A stretch of 64,000 nt of DNA, taken from assembly GCA_037129925.1 (NCBI GenBank), contig JBAXTZ010000008.1:1772-65771 (forward strand), in the 5' to 3' direction. The position numbers were made by a program, and so were the translations under genes. The notes under the pieces were generated by a model. It saw only the letters and a list, made by a program, of their open reading frames with translations. It did no database searches and was not told where the DNA came from. Source of the stretch: Bacillota bacterium. Its GTDB lineage: Bacteria; Bacillota; Negativicutes; JBAXTZ01. Positions 1-11,300 of the stretch are shown here, in pieces; within the stretch, counting starts at the first letter, position 1, and every line of letters starts with the position of its first letter.

Positions 1-1083
1 GAAGCGGCTCGCATAGCTCGAAATCCATATCCGCCGGTAAGCCGCCGACATTGTGATGGCTCTTGATTACTTCAGCTGTATCAGTGCCGCTTTCGATAAC
101 GTCCGGGTACAGTGTCCCCTGCACCAAGAAATCAATCGCGCCGATTTTTTTCGCCTCATCTTCAAAAACCCGGATAAATTCAGCGCCGATTAGCTTGCGT
201 TTGGTTTCCGGGTCACTGACATCATTTAATTTCGCCAAAAATCGGTCAACCGCATCGACATAGATTAGATTCATCCCGCGTTCTTCGCGGAAAGTCTGGA
301 TGATTTGCTTGGATTCGTTTTTGCGCATGAATCCGTGATTTACATATACACAAGTCAACTGCTCACCGACCGCGCGATGAACAAGGGTTGCCGCGACCGC
401 CGAATCCACGCCGCCGGACATCGCGCAGAGGACTTTTTTGTTGCCGATTTGCTTGCGGACATTGTTAACCGCGATTTCGACAAAGTTTCCCATATTCCAA
501 TCGCCGCTACAACCACAAACAGTAAACAAGAATTCTGCGAGCATTTTTTGACCGTTAACGGAATGAGTCACTTCCGGATGAAACTGCAAACCATAGATTT
601 TTTTGGCGACGTTTTCCATCGCCGCCACCGGTGTACTTGCGGTGTGGGCGGTAACGGTATAGCCCGCGGGCGCCTGACTGATATAGTCGCCATGGCTCAT
701 CCAGACCGTTTGCTTGGCTTCCAAACCGGCAAACAAGCCTGAATCCTGAATAGTTAGCGTTGTGCTGCCATATTCGCGACTGTCCGGGCGTTCGACTTTA
801 CCACCCAGTAAGAACGCCATCAACTGCATACCATAGCAAATACCCAGTATTGGCACGCCCAGTTCAAATATTTGCTTATCGCAATGGGGCGCTTTTTCAC
901 CATAAACGCTGGACGGTCCTCCGGAAAATATTATCCCTTTGGGGTTTTTCGCAAGAATCTCGGCCGGGGTTAGTTTGTAGGAGACCACTTCGGAATACAC
1001 ACCGCACTCTCGCACCCGCCGACCAATTAACTGAGCGTATTGTCCGCCAAAATCCATTACCAACACTTTTTCTTTTTGCATCA
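1..1083 (-). CDS. guaA: GMP synthase (glutamine-hydrolysing), N-terminal 361 codons; C-terminus lies beyond the window start
   Basis: My reverse-strand translation from the ATG at 1083 reads [30 protein letters not shown]...GICYGMQLM...[13 protein letters not shown]. This is a class-I glutamine amidotransferase domain followed by the SGGVDS PP-loop of GuaA. The ORF is open to position 1, which is why it is absent from the supplied track. Confidence 0.9.
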
Positions 1084-1090
1084 TGGCTCC

Positions 1091-2158
1091 TTATTTTATC
1101 TGTGAAATATTTTTTCCAATCGGGTAGTTTGGCACCGCGTTCAAATCCCAGCCAGCCGTCCTGCCGGCAATCAGACTATAGTAGCCCCGTGAAGCGACCA
1201 TCGCGGCATTGTCAGTGCATAATATTGCCGGTGGCACAAACAGTTTCAAACCGGCTTGTTCGCAATAATTTCGTAGCGTTTCCCGCACGCTGAAGTTCGC
1301 TGCCACACCGCCTGCCAAAACAATCTTGTCATATTCAAATGCTCGAGCCGCGGCAACCGCATTTATTGCCAGCGCTTCGCACACCACCCGTTGGAATGCT
1401 GCCGCGACATCTGCCGGGACAACGGCAATTCCACGTTGCTCACAATTATGCAGATAATTTATCACTGCTGATTTCAACCCGCTGAAACTAAAGTCGAAAC
1501 TGGCAGCAGGTGGCTGGTGGCTGGCAGCTGGCGGCTTCTTCAATCGCGCCCTCGGAAAATCAATAGCTGCTGCATTACCATGCTTGGCTAGTTTTTCAAC
1601 TTCCGGTCCGCCCGGGTAGGACAAGCCTAGTACTCGGGCAACTTTGTCAAAAGCTTCTCCGGCTGCATCATCGCGAGTTTGTCCGAGCAACCGATAACTA
1701 TTGTAATCATCAACTGCAATCAAGGACGTATGTCCGCCAGAAACCACCAACGCCAGGAACGGCGGTTGCAAATCCGGAAAACTGAGAATGTTTGCAAAAA
1801 TATGGCTCTCGATATGATGCGCGGCGATCAACGGTTTATTTGCGGCAAATGCCAGCGTTTTGGCTACCGCAACTCCAACTAATAACGCACCGACTAATCC
1901 CGGACCATTAGTAACGGCGATTCCGTCAAGTTGTTCGAGCGTGACCGCCGCGGCTGCCAGCGCTTGGTCGATAATGAGCATGATGTTTTCCACGTGTTTG
2001 CGCGAAGCGATTTCTGGCACTACGCCGCCATAGATTTTATGAATATCAATCTGCGATGAAATAATATTCGACAGTATTTCACGCCCGGAGCGCACCACCG
2101 CGGCGCTAGTTTCATCACAACTGGTTTCAATCCCGAGAATCAACTTTCCCTCAATCAC
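1091..2158 (-). CDS. tsaD: tRNA N6-adenosine threonylcarbamoyltransferase TsaD (Kae1/YgjD family)
   Basis: The 355-aa product starts MIEGKLILGIETSCDETSAAVV, with HHIESHI and SGGHTSL motifs typical of TsaD. It lies in a tsaD-rimI-tsaB-tsaE array. Confidence 0.9.
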   Translation of the reverse strand: MIEGKLILGIETSCDETSAAVVRSGREILSNIISSQIDIHKIYGGVVPEIASRKHVENIMLIIDQALAAAAVTLEQLDGIAVTNGPGLVGALLVGVAVAKTLAFAANKPLIAAHHIESHIFANILSFPDLQPPFLALVVSGGHTSLIAVDDYNSYRLLGQTRDDAAGEAFDKVARVLGLSYPGGPEVEKLAKHGNAAAIDFPRARLKKPPAASHQPPAASFDFSFSGLKSAVINYLHNCEQRGIAVVPADVAAAFQRVVCEALAINAVAAARAFEYDKIVLAGGVAANFSVRETLRNYCEQAGLKLFVPPAILCTDNAAMVASRGYYSLIAGRTAGWDLNAVPNYPIGKNISQIK

Positions 2159-2648
2159 TCGTCTCCCCTGTTTCCTGTAAACTTATGTCCGACAACTGAT
2201 ACAGCCACATAATCAGCGCGTGTTCACCTGGCGCGTAGTAATTTGTCCGTAACCCTTCCTCAATAAAACCAAAGCTTCGGTATAATTCTACCGCAGCGAC
2301 ATTTTTGTCGCTCACTTCTAAAGTCATCTTCTCCGCCAATCGCCCCACGCCATACTCGATGGTTTTTAACAGCAAGGCTTTGGCAATGCCGCGTCTGCGA
2401 AATTGCGGTAGCACGGCAATATTATTCAGGTGGATTTCATCAATAATCACCCAAAAACCAGAATAACCGATGATTTTTCCGTCCAGTGTTGCCACAAAAT
2501 AAATCGCCATTTCTTCAGCGGCTTCTTCTATAAACGCCGATAGCGGCCACATCGCGCCATCAAAAGACTGTTTTTCAATATTATAAATATCTTCGACTTC
2601 ATGTAAAAACATCCGCCGCACTTTAAAATCAAGTTTTTCTGCTACCAC
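2151..2648 (-). CDS. rimI: ribosomal-protein-alanine N-acetyltransferase (GNAT)
   Basis: The 165-aa product carries the GNAT motif NIAVLPQFRRRGIAKALL. It sits in the conserved position between tsaB and tsaD. Confidence 0.8.
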   Translation of the reverse strand: MVAEKLDFKVRRMFLHEVEDIYNIEKQSFDGAMWPLSAFIEEAAEEMAIYFVATLDGKIIGYSGFWVIIDEIHLNNIAVLPQFRRRGIAKALLLKTIEYGVGRLAEKMTLEVSDKNVAAVELYRSFGFIEEGLRTNYYAPGEHALIMWLYQLSDISLQETGETSD

Positions 2649-3326
2649 TCACTTACTCCGTTCTAGCAACTCTTCGGCCGCTGATTTGCGAATGTAAATC
2701 GGTTCTAGGGTGTTAATATCACTGAACATTTTTCGACTGAACATATACTGCGCGGCAATACCAGTGTATTCGGCGCGCGGCAACGATATTTCCGTGGCAA
2801 CAAAAGCCGCGTTTGCAACACCGGACATAATCGCCTTAATTTCAGCAGTTATCTCGCCGCAAAAACAATAACTATCTGCGGTCTTAACCAATTTGGGCAA
2901 GTCAGTTTTGGCAACTACGGCAACCTCGCTACACTCACCGTCTACTCCATATACTGCCAGATATACATTGCCCTGTTGGGCATCAATGACCGGGATTATG
3001 TATTCGGCGCAATCCTTGGCTTGCAAAAACAACGTACGCATGGTCGGCACGCCAATCAGTGGGATTTTCAACGCGTAAGCCAGCGCCTTGGCGGTTGCCA
3101 AGCCAATCCGCAATCCTGTGAACGAGCCAGGGCCGATACCAACGGCAATTGCGCTAATCGCCGACTGCTCGACAGACTGCTCCGAAAGCAGCTGGATAAC
3201 ATTCGGCAACAATGCAACTGAATGGTTACGCGAATTCTGCGTCGTATGCTCGGCTAATAATTTGCCATCGGCTACCAAAGCCACGCTACAGGAGATTGTC
3301 GAAGTTTCAATCGCTAATATCAACAT
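2649..3326 (-). CDS. tsaB: tRNA threonylcarbamoyladenosine biosynthesis protein TsaB (YeaZ)
   Basis: The 225-aa product starts MLILAIETSTISCSVALV, an inactive Kae1 paralog, and is adjacent to tsaE and rimI. Confidence 0.85.
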   Translation of the reverse strand: MLILAIETSTISCSVALVADGKLLAEHTTQNSRNHSVALLPNVIQLLSEQSVEQSAISAIAVGIGPGSFTGLRIGLATAKALAYALKIPLIGVPTMRTLFLQAKDCAEYIIPVIDAQQGNVYLAVYGVDGECSEVAVVAKTDLPKLVKTADSYCFCGEITAEIKAIMSGVANAAFVATEISLPRAEYTGIAAQYMFSRKMFSDINTLEPIYIRKSAAEELLERSK

Positions 3327-3729
3327 TGTCCGCCTCGATTATCAGCCGTCTTCCGGCGCCATTAGTCAGTCGTTGTAAAGTGATTTTTATTGCGTTATCC
3401 GGCATCCGACTGGCAAATTTATCTGCCCACTCAATAACGGATACCGCACCTTCTTCGAGCATTTCAAAAAAACCAATGCCGTCTAGCTCGCTACTATTTT
3501 CCAACCGATACAAATCAAAATGATAAATCGGACAGCGACCGGAATAGATATTTACCAAAGCAAATGTCGGACTAGATACCGTGTCTGCGGAGCCTAGACC
3601 AGCGGCAATTCCTTGAGTTAGCAGTGTTTTTCCGGCACCCAAATCACCATTTAGCAAAACAATAGCGCCCGGTTGCAGTCGGTGGCCGAGTTTAACGCCA
3701 AATGAATAAGTATCCGCGCTGGTCGGCAA
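3307..3729 (-). CDS. tsaE: tRNA threonylcarbamoyladenosine biosynthesis ATPase TsaE (YjeE)
   Basis: The 140-aa product has the Walker A motif GDLGAGKTLLTQG characteristic of TsaE. It overlaps tsaB by 20 nt. Confidence 0.8.
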   Translation of the reverse strand: MPTSADTYSFGVKLGHRLQPGAIVLLNGDLGAGKTLLTQGIAAGLGSADTVSSPTFALVNIYSGRCPIYHFDLYRLENSSELDGIGFFEMLEEGAVSVIEWADKFASRMPDNAIKITLQRLTNGAGRRLIIEADNVDISD

Positions 3730-3739
3730 ATAAATTTCT

Positions 3740-4750
3740 CTAGTTGCTAAAATGATTATATCCTCTACTCTCCAATGTTATCAGTGATCCATCAATAGTC
3801 CGTAGCTGAACACCGCTAAATTCAGCGGTTACCTGCCCAATCACAGCTACCGCGGCCTTTGTTGCAGCAGAGAACCGCGCATAGCTAGACGGCGCGATAG
3901 TGAACACCAACTCGTAATCTTCACCGCCATAGAGCGCGTAATGCGTTGACGACTTTTCGAGTAGCGCTTCGATTGCGAGCGGCAGTCGCGCCACCGGAAT
4001 CAAGCGCTCGTCAATCAATATTCCTACAGCGCTACTGTTGGCTATTTCATTGAGTTCGCTTGCCAATCCATCGCTAATATCATTCATTGCTGTTGCGCCG
4101 TGCTTGGCCAGCAACTGTCCCAGTTCGACCCGGGCAGTTGGCCGGCAGTGTTTCTCAAAAAAATGCTGATTTTCGGCAGTTTGTGCGATTTGTTGTTGCA
4201 GCAATACCAAGCCGATGGCTGACAGCCCCAGTTTTCCGCTGACGACCACCAAATCACCAATGCTAGCGCCGCTTCGATAAACTACATAGCGACTGTCTAT
4301 CGTTCCAGTCAACGCGACATTGATAATTATTCCCTGCGGGCTGCACACGGTATCGCCGCCGATAATATTAACATTATACGCTTTACACGCCTGCCGCATT
4401 CCGGCATAAAGCCGCTCAATTCGCGCAACTTCAATATTTCCCGGCGTTCCAAGTGAAATTAAGCAATCGCGAGGCATACCGCCCATCGCGGCAATATCGC
4501 TAACGCTACAAATAATCGCCTTATAGCCGACATCCTCGTCCTGCATCAGCTTGGAAAAATGTATCGACTCGACGAGCATATCTGTGGTAAATAGTTGATA
4601 ACTATTCGGGTCAGCGGTGCGTACCACCGCGCAATCATCGCCAATGCCTTTTAACACATGCATTTTATCTATTATCGTGTCAGTATTTATTATGTCTATT
4701 AGCCCAAATTCGCCGACTTCCGAAACCAATTGCTGTTTGCCGTTCATGTT
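3740..4750 (-). CDS. thiL: thiamine-monophosphate kinase
   Basis: This is an AIR-synthase-related fold with the motifs GIGDDCAVV and NIIGGDT. The track ORF extends to 4897, but I take the in-frame ATG at 4750 (MNGKQQLVSEVGEFGLID) as the start. The upstream 49 codons are low-complexity and unlike any ThiL N-terminus. Confidence 0.8.
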   Translation of the reverse strand, partial: NMNGKQQLVSEVGEFGLIDIINTDTIIDKMHVLKGIGDDCAVVRTADPNSYQLFTTDMLVESIHFSKLMQDEDVGYKAIICSVSDIAAMGGMPRDCLISLGTPGNIEVARIERLYAGMRQACKAYNVNIIGGDTVCSPQGIIINVALTGTIDSRYVVYRSGASIGDLVVVSGKLGLSAIGLVLLQQQIAQTAENQHFFEKHCRPTARVELGQLLAKHGATAMNDISDGLASELNEIANSSAVGILIDERLIPVARLPLAIEALLEKSSTHYALYGGEDYELVFTIAPSSYARFSAATKAAVAVIGQVTAEFSGVQLRTIDGSLITLESRGYNHFSN

Positions 4751-4754
4751 ACAC

Positions 4755-6272
4755 CTATTTCCCGGGATTGAGCGCTGCGGCGTCATTAAAAAATTTGTCC
4801 AAGCCTTGGGTAATACCGATAGCAATTTTGGTTTGAAAATTAATATCCAACAGTTTTTTTTCTTCAGCGGCATTGCTGATAAACGCCATCTCCACAAGTA
4901 TCGAAGGCATAAAAGTACGCTTTAACACATAAAAATTAGCTCTATTTATCCCTCGGTTTTCCAGTCCGGTTTGCGCTAGCAAAGCTGACTGCACAGAAGT
5001 TGCCAGCAATCCGTCGAAATTGGTCTTGGGGTAATAAAAAGTGCTGGTTCCACCAACGCTGTGATCCCTGAATGAATCGGCGTGAATACAGACAAATACA
5101 TCCGCCTTGTTGCTGTTCGCGGCATCGGCACGCGCCTGCAGCTCATCACCGTCGTCAGCGTTCGGCGCGAAAACATCACGGTCATCGATGCGGGACATGA
5201 ATACTGTACTACCATTTTCTTCCAACAAATTTTTAAGTTGCAAAGCAATCGGTAAAGTAACATCGCTTTCGTGGGTGCCGCCGAGTCCAATTGCGCCGGG
5301 ATCACTACCGCCATGACCGGGGTCGATGGCAATTTTTTTGCCTTTAAGACCAGCAGAAAATTTCAAATTTGCCACCGGTACCGGCTTGAAAATATCCAAA
5401 ACTAACCGCCAAGGTTTGTTATTGGCGCGGTCAGCCGGCAACACAAACAGATTATAGCAATCAGCTTGCAGCTTCTGTTGAAGAGCTACGGTTAGTTTAA
5501 CGGTACTATCTTTAATTTGGGATAGTTCAATACTCTTAGCAACCGAATCAGTGAATTTCAGTTGTTTGGGGGTTTTCCCGATTAAGTTGGCGTTTGTCAA
5601 TAGCGTTTGCAACTGGTTTACAGTGCTATCGAACTGCAGGCTGTTATTCAAGCGATAGGCGCCACTCAAATCAAAAACTATCCGCAGTTTCTGCGCGCCG
5701 TTGACATCGGGCAACAATGATGAGCGGATATCTGTTATTTGCACAATGCCATAGTCGGCCTTCAACATCGTCGGCGTGAGCGTCGAAGTAAGGCTGCTTG
5801 TGACAATCGGTTTGATAACATCAACGACAATTCGCCACGGCTTATTATTGACTTTGTCGGCTTTTACGACAAATACATTTAAACTGCTGGCATCTGAATT
5901 ATTCGGCAGACTCACCAGTAGTTTTGTTATCGAACCGGCCGATTGCAGTTCCACGCTACTGGCAATATCATCAGACAAGCTGACCGTTTTTGCGACTCCG
6001 GGGGCAACAGTCAAGTTCTTAAATATTCCACTAATTGACGTCGAATTCTTATTCGTCTGCGCATATATATTGTTTCTTAGATCGTACGCCCCGTTCAAAT
6101 CAAGTACTATTCGCAAAACCCGGGAGCTGTCTGTATCCGGCATCATCGACCAACGAATATTGGTTATTTGCAAATCTGCCGCAGCAGCGTTACCACTAAA
6201 AAAAACCAACAATGTGGCCGCTAAGAAAATAATATATGTCCCAATTTTTTTAAAAAACACGGTACACCCCAT
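4755..6272 (-). CDS. N-acetylmuramoyl-L-alanine amidase (AmiC-like) with two N-terminal AMIN domains and a signal peptide
   Basis: The 505-aa product has a C-terminal Amidase_3 domain (IAIDPGHGGSDPGA, VFVCIHADS). The N-terminal half is an internal duplication (VLRIVLDLNGAYDL...NNKPWRIVVDVIKP and KLRIVFDLSGAYRL...NNKPWRLVLDIFKP), consistent with tandem AMIN domains. Confidence 0.8.
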   Translation of the reverse strand: MGCTVFFKKIGTYIIFLAATLLVFFSGNAAAADLQITNIRWSMMPDTDSSRVLRIVLDLNGAYDLRNNIYAQTNKNSTSISGIFKNLTVAPGVAKTVSLSDDIASSVELQSAGSITKLLVSLPNNSDASSLNVFVVKADKVNNKPWRIVVDVIKPIVTSSLTSTLTPTMLKADYGIVQITDIRSSLLPDVNGAQKLRIVFDLSGAYRLNNSLQFDSTVNQLQTLLTNANLIGKTPKQLKFTDSVAKSIELSQIKDSTVKLTVALQQKLQADCYNLFVLPADRANNKPWRLVLDIFKPVPVANLKFSAGLKGKKIAIDPGHGGSDPGAIGLGGTHESDVTLPIALQLKNLLEENGSTVFMSRIDDRDVFAPNADDGDELQARADAANSNKADVFVCIHADSFRDHSVGGTSTFYYPKTNFDGLLATSVQSALLAQTGLENRGINRANFYVLKRTFMPSILVEMAFISNAAEEKKLLDINFQTKIAIGITQGLDKFFNDAAALNPGK

Positions 6273-6326
6273 ACAAAATATTCTCTAGAATTATACCACG
6301 ACAGTCAGCACTAATAAAGCCGCTCC

Positions 6327-6366
6327 TGTTAAAAAACGCCTCCGGGTCAAACCCCGGAAGCGTTTT
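6327..6366 (-). terminator. intrinsic terminator downstream of bamA
   Basis: A hairpin formed by CGCCTCCGGG and CCCGGAAGCG follows the bamA stop and is followed by a 6-nt U-tract on the minus strand. It is perfect with one G-U pair when read on the minus strand. Confidence 0.6.
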
Positions 6367-6380
6367 GTTATTATGCGACC

Positions 6381-8300
6381 TTAGAAACTGGCGCCCATTG
6401 AAAAGTAGAAGTGTATGCCGCCGAAGGCGTCAGCATCGGCAGAAGAATAGGGCAGTCCCCAGTCAAACCGTAGCGGTCCGATTGGCGTTACAACCCGCGC
6501 GCCAAAACCATAGTCGGCTCGCCAACCGCCACTATCGATACCGGCAACCGGTCCATAAGCCGGATTATAGGTTCGCGATACAGCCCAAGTTTGACCGACA
6601 TCGGTAAACAACACCGCCTGGATTTTATCAATAATTGGGATGCGATATTCCAAGGTGCCATAGACCATTGATGAACCGGTAAACTGACCACTGTTGTAGC
6701 CGCGTAAATTGTCCGGTCCGCCCAGATAATAGCCGCCAACTTCCGGCACATCGCCAAATCCGGCGCCACCTGATGCTTTAACTGCTATCGTCTGATCAAA
6801 AAACGTTTTCCAATAAGTGCGATATTCGCCGTTCAATTTCTGATAAGTAAAGTTGCCGCCAAGAATTGAACCGGTTGATTCTAACGAAACCGACTGATAT
6901 TGTCCAGAAGTAGCGGCGAACACATTGTCGCGACTGTCATAAATCCGTGACAACATAATACTGTTCAACGTGCCGAAGTTTTGATTGATGAACCCGTAAT
7001 ATGGGTTTGGTCCGATAGCAATAGTACCAGTTGTGTCATAGATAGTTGGCTGCCGGTAGTCAATCTGTCCGTATTGATTGGCTTCATACGAAAAGTTTCG
7101 AGTCTTGAGCGTTACATACCAGCGTTGATATTCGCCAAACTGCTGACCAAGTGTCGCGTAAGTACCGATTTCACGAGTATTATACGATGAACGCATTTGG
7201 CTATACAAATTAGTATTTGGCCATGGATAAACCTCCGGGGATTCCGGATAGTCCCCCCAACCGCATGCAGGCGGCGTATTAGGGTCAACTAAACCGTAAT
7301 CACTATTTGTCGACCAGTTATCATACAGACTGACTGACAGTGACATTCCGGATTCGGTCAGATATGGTCGGGTGAAGGTTACACTTTTATTGTTCATCCC
7401 GCCGCCACCAAGGGCGTATTGCAGGTTAATAGCATCACCGGTTCCGAACAAATTGGTATCGCCGACGCCTAAGGTGCCGAAGAACCCGCCGTTGTTCGAG
7501 CCGGTAGCGTAACCGCCGCCGACGTTAAACTGTCCGGTGCGCCCCTCCTTTACTTTGATATCCACATCAATTTGGTTAGGTAGTCGGCCAGGCGGAAAAG
7601 TAAAGCTAACATCACTAAAGAATCCGAGATTGTTTAAGCGCTGATAACTGCGCACATAATCGTTCTTATTGAAAGGTTTGCCGGCCTGGATCCTCAACTC
7701 GCGTGTTATTACATACTCTGACGTTTTATCGTTACCAGACACTACGATACTTTCGATTATTCCTTCAGTCAATGTAATCGTAACTGTTCCGTCCATCGCT
7801 ACATCAACATCGCTGGCTTTTGCCAACACATACCCATCATCGGCATATTTTTTTAAAACCGCCTGGATTCCTTGTTGCAGGGCGCGGTTGTTTAATATTT
7901 GTCCGATTGGCGTATCCAGAAGCGGCACCAACTGTTCCGGCTTATAGATAGTATCGCCTTTGAACAATATTTGCTTGACGATAACATTTGGCATGACATC
8001 ATATAGTACTGAAACACCACTGGCATTTTCTACATAGCGGGTAGAAACACGATAGAAATAACCGCACTGTGTGAGCATCTCGACATCTTTATCGACAATG
8101 TCACTACTCAATAGCATCCCGGTCTGCAATCGCAACAGCGGTATTAACGGTTGAGAAATATCACTGGTAGTCCCATCGATTCGAACATCCGTTACCATTT
8201 TTCCGTCATACTGAGTCGCCGCCGCTACTAAGTTTGGAAGTAACATCATTGTTACAAGTAACAGTGTCATTAACACCAGGTAATTTTTACTGCTAAACAT
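6381..8300 (-). CDS. bamA: outer membrane protein assembly factor BamA (Omp85 family)
   Basis: The 639-aa product has a signal peptide (MFSSKNYLVLMTLLLVTMMLLPNLVAAA), POTRA-like repeats and a C-terminal beta-barrel. It is Gly/Tyr-rich and ends in the aromatic signature YFSMGASF. It lies immediately downstream of tamB. Confidence 0.85.
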   Translation of the reverse strand: MFSSKNYLVLMTLLLVTMMLLPNLVAAATQYDGKMVTDVRIDGTTSDISQPLIPLLRLQTGMLLSSDIVDKDVEMLTQCGYFYRVSTRYVENASGVSVLYDVMPNVIVKQILFKGDTIYKPEQLVPLLDTPIGQILNNRALQQGIQAVLKKYADDGYVLAKASDVDVAMDGTVTITLTEGIIESIVVSGNDKTSEYVITRELRIQAGKPFNKNDYVRSYQRLNNLGFFSDVSFTFPPGRLPNQIDVDIKVKEGRTGQFNVGGGYATGSNNGGFFGTLGVGDTNLFGTGDAINLQYALGGGGMNNKSVTFTRPYLTESGMSLSVSLYDNWSTNSDYGLVDPNTPPACGWGDYPESPEVYPWPNTNLYSQMRSSYNTREIGTYATLGQQFGEYQRWYVTLKTRNFSYEANQYGQIDYRQPTIYDTTGTIAIGPNPYYGFINQNFGTLNSIMLSRIYDSRDNVFAATSGQYQSVSLESTGSILGGNFTYQKLNGEYRTYWKTFFDQTIAVKASGGAGFGDVPEVGGYYLGGPDNLRGYNSGQFTGSSMVYGTLEYRIPIIDKIQAVLFTDVGQTWAVSRTYNPAYGPVAGIDSGGWRADYGFGARVVTPIGPLRFDWGLPYSSADADAFGGIHFYFSMGASF

Positions 8301-8310
8301 TTTTCTCCTC

Positions 8311-11300
8311 TTAGAATGTCCAAATCTTATTCAAAATTATACTGTTATTTTGTTGGCTATCAGTTGATCCAGTTAGATACAAATGTTGCCATAAATCATA
8401 TTGCAGTTGAAACTGGTAGTAATTATAGCCTATTCCTATAGATGACTTCAACAATAACTTTTCAAAGACGTACTTTCCCACTTCCAGCTGGTATATTTCC
8501 TGATTGTTCACATTGTTCTGATTGTTGTTGCTACCAATATTCGCAGACAAAGTCGCCCGGCTCAAATTAAAGTAGTCTAATCCTAAATTTGTTCGAACCG
8601 ATGAGCCAACACTTCCAAAAACTGCCGACTGCGCGAACCGCAAGCTGGTGTTAATCGCTTGATTAGAAAAGGCTTGACTCAATTGCGCGTTTCCGTTGCT
8701 CTGCGGTGCTTGACCGGTTGTCAACAGATAGCCGATATCACTGCTCGACAGCCCGCCGTCCGATGTTAGCTTGATAATCGGGTTGTCAGCCACTCCTTGC
8801 ACCGTTAGGTAGATAGTATAAACTTTGTTGGGACTAGTGCCGGGATTTATCGGATCCGGACTACTAACTGTTGCCTTAGCCTGAATATTTACATTCGGGA
8901 TATTGGAATCAATCCGTTCAAAATCGACTTCGCCTTTTTCAATATTAAACTCGTTGTTCATATAAGTTATTTGTCCGCTAATAGCCGTAACTTTACCGCT
9001 ATTATTTGGCGAAAGCGTTGAACCGCCAAAATGAACTTTCCCTGTCACCAAAATATCAAAAAAGAACGGATTATACACTCGAAGTTTGCTACCAAGATCA
9101 ACTGTAAGGTCTAAATCAACATCCGGAATAATAAATCCGGTATTATTGTCAGCTGCACCGATGAATGATGCCAATTTCACTTCAATTACATCATTTTTCT
9201 TGAAACCAATTGTTCCCGTTAACTTCGGTTTGCCATTTTTGTCATCAAGTTTCATTGAAAATTCTAGCGGAATAGAATATTGACTAGTATTTATTTCGAC
9301 ATTTTTTGACGCAAAGGTAAAGCCATAATTAACTAACTTCCAGCCCCAAATTAAGCCATTACCAGAAATATCTAGAGTGCCATCGTTTATTCCGCAATGA
9401 GTATTATTAATATCAATATTATTGTTTTTTATATCGACATTCACATTTACGCTAGTTATTTTTTCTTTAAGTGCAGCCAGACCCAACGTACCATTTTTAA
9501 CCGAAAAGTTTCCGTTTAACAGCGGTGTCTGCAACGTCCCGCTAATGACCAAATTTCCGCCAATACGACCTTCAGCAGACTTTATCTGTTTGCCAAACAA
9601 CAGCGGTAATAGTTTCATGTCCGTTTCATCTAGCGCCAATTTCAGATTCATCTGCGAATTTGCATGACTGGGTGATTGCGCCATTGACATCGCATCATAG
9701 GGGATTTCGCCAATGATTGTCGCCTTGTAACCAGATTTGCTCATTAATATTTGATTAACATTGACTTTATCTTTATTAATCGTCAACAGGGCAAACACTT
9801 CATCTAACTGAACCCCGGCATAATCCGGCTTATCTAGTGTAACAGACAGCGCTACATCGGGGTTTTGATAGGTTCCGGTGATCTGCGCGGTCGCCGACAA
9901 ATTGCCGGATAGCGGTAAATCTTTCCTGCTCCATTTTGCGATAAGCGCGGCATCGATATTTCGTGCTCCAACCTCCATTGCTAATGGTCCATCAATTTCG
10001 CCAACACCCCTTCCGGCGATAATACTGTCGCCGCGTTTGGCAAACAACTTACTAATAGTCAAGGTTTTATTAGTGTAATTAGCTTCGAGCGCAAAGTTAT
10101 CCAAACCAAAACCATAGGTTGAAATTGTCGGCGCTTGTGCGGCAATAGTAAGTGTCGGTTTATCCATAGTTCCGCTAAAATCGGCTTGTAGCGACAGTGC
10201 TCCGTTCAACATGTTTTTGTCTGCAATACCGGCGGTCGCCATAATATCGCTAATGTCCATTGCCGTTACAAAAACACTGCCGGCACAAACATAATTATCC
10301 AATTTAATACTGCCTTCGAATTTTGCCGAACCAAGTTTGTGTTTCAAACTCCCCTGCCCAATATCAAAAACAGCTTTATTCAGCGAAAATTCCGCCCAAA
10401 TGTCGGTATATGATTCTTTATTATAAAATATTTCCGGCGCAGTTATTTTTCCAAACAGCATCGGATTGTCGATGCTACCTTTTAGAAACATTTTCGTCGA
10501 AATCGATCCTTGTAAGTTGTTTTTGCCGATATTCTGCGGTAGCTTTTCCAAGTCCATGCCGTTTACTTTAATCAAAAAATCCATCTCACTGTAATCGCGC
10601 CAAGTTCCGTCGGCAGTGACTTCAGCGCCTAGCGCTTTCAAATTCAGCGTTCGCAGCACAAGTCCGCTTTTTGTTACTTCCAACTTACCAGTAACACTGT
10701 CGACAAGATAGCTTCCATAAACCAAGCTGCCCGTTTTAAGCTGAGCCTTCAAGAGCGGATCACTAAATGTGCCGTCTAGTTCAAAACTGCCGTTAGCCGC
10801 ACCTAATACGGCGGCTTCTGGCGTTATCGAGCGAACAATGTCTTGAATCACTACATTGGAAAATTCTCCGCTCAACTTAGGCGCGGAATTAGCAAAATCA
10901 ATAGTTCCCGAAGCTTCGGCAACTCCTTCTCCAGCATCACGGACTTCGATTTTTTTGACTATCAATTTACGGTCAAACAATTCCAAATTCGCAAAACAAC
11001 TCTTGTAGTTTTGCGCGATTACTCTGCCGTTGCTGGCTTCAATATTAATGTTCGCGTGCGGTTCAGACAGCGTTCCATCGACATCAGCAGCCGCAAACAG
11101 CGTTCCTGTAATTTGGTTTTTTCCAAATAATCCGGCAATTTTCGAGCCGTCCATTCCGAAGGCACGAGCTTTCAGGGCAATATCCGTCCCGACTTTACCA
11201 TAGACGCTAATTTGTCCACCATAGGCGCTACAGTTAAGAAAATCGATAGTAATTGTCTTGTTGTCAAAAGAGAAACCACTAACCGCGTTATCAATAACGT

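Noticed and set aside
305-1293. Plus-strand track ORFs 305-742 and 760-1293
   Set aside because: They are antisense to the clear guaA reading frame, which I translated by hand. They are low-complexity and Arg/His-rich with no recognisable motifs.
4751-4897. N-terminal 49 codons of the thiL track ORF
   Set aside because: They overlap the amidase 3' end and are unlike ThiL. The conserved N-terminus begins at the internal ATG at 4750.
5776-6288. 170-aa plus-strand ORF
   Set aside because: It is antisense to the amidase gene. The hydrophobic low-complexity translation is a by-product of the AMIN repeat coding on the other strand.
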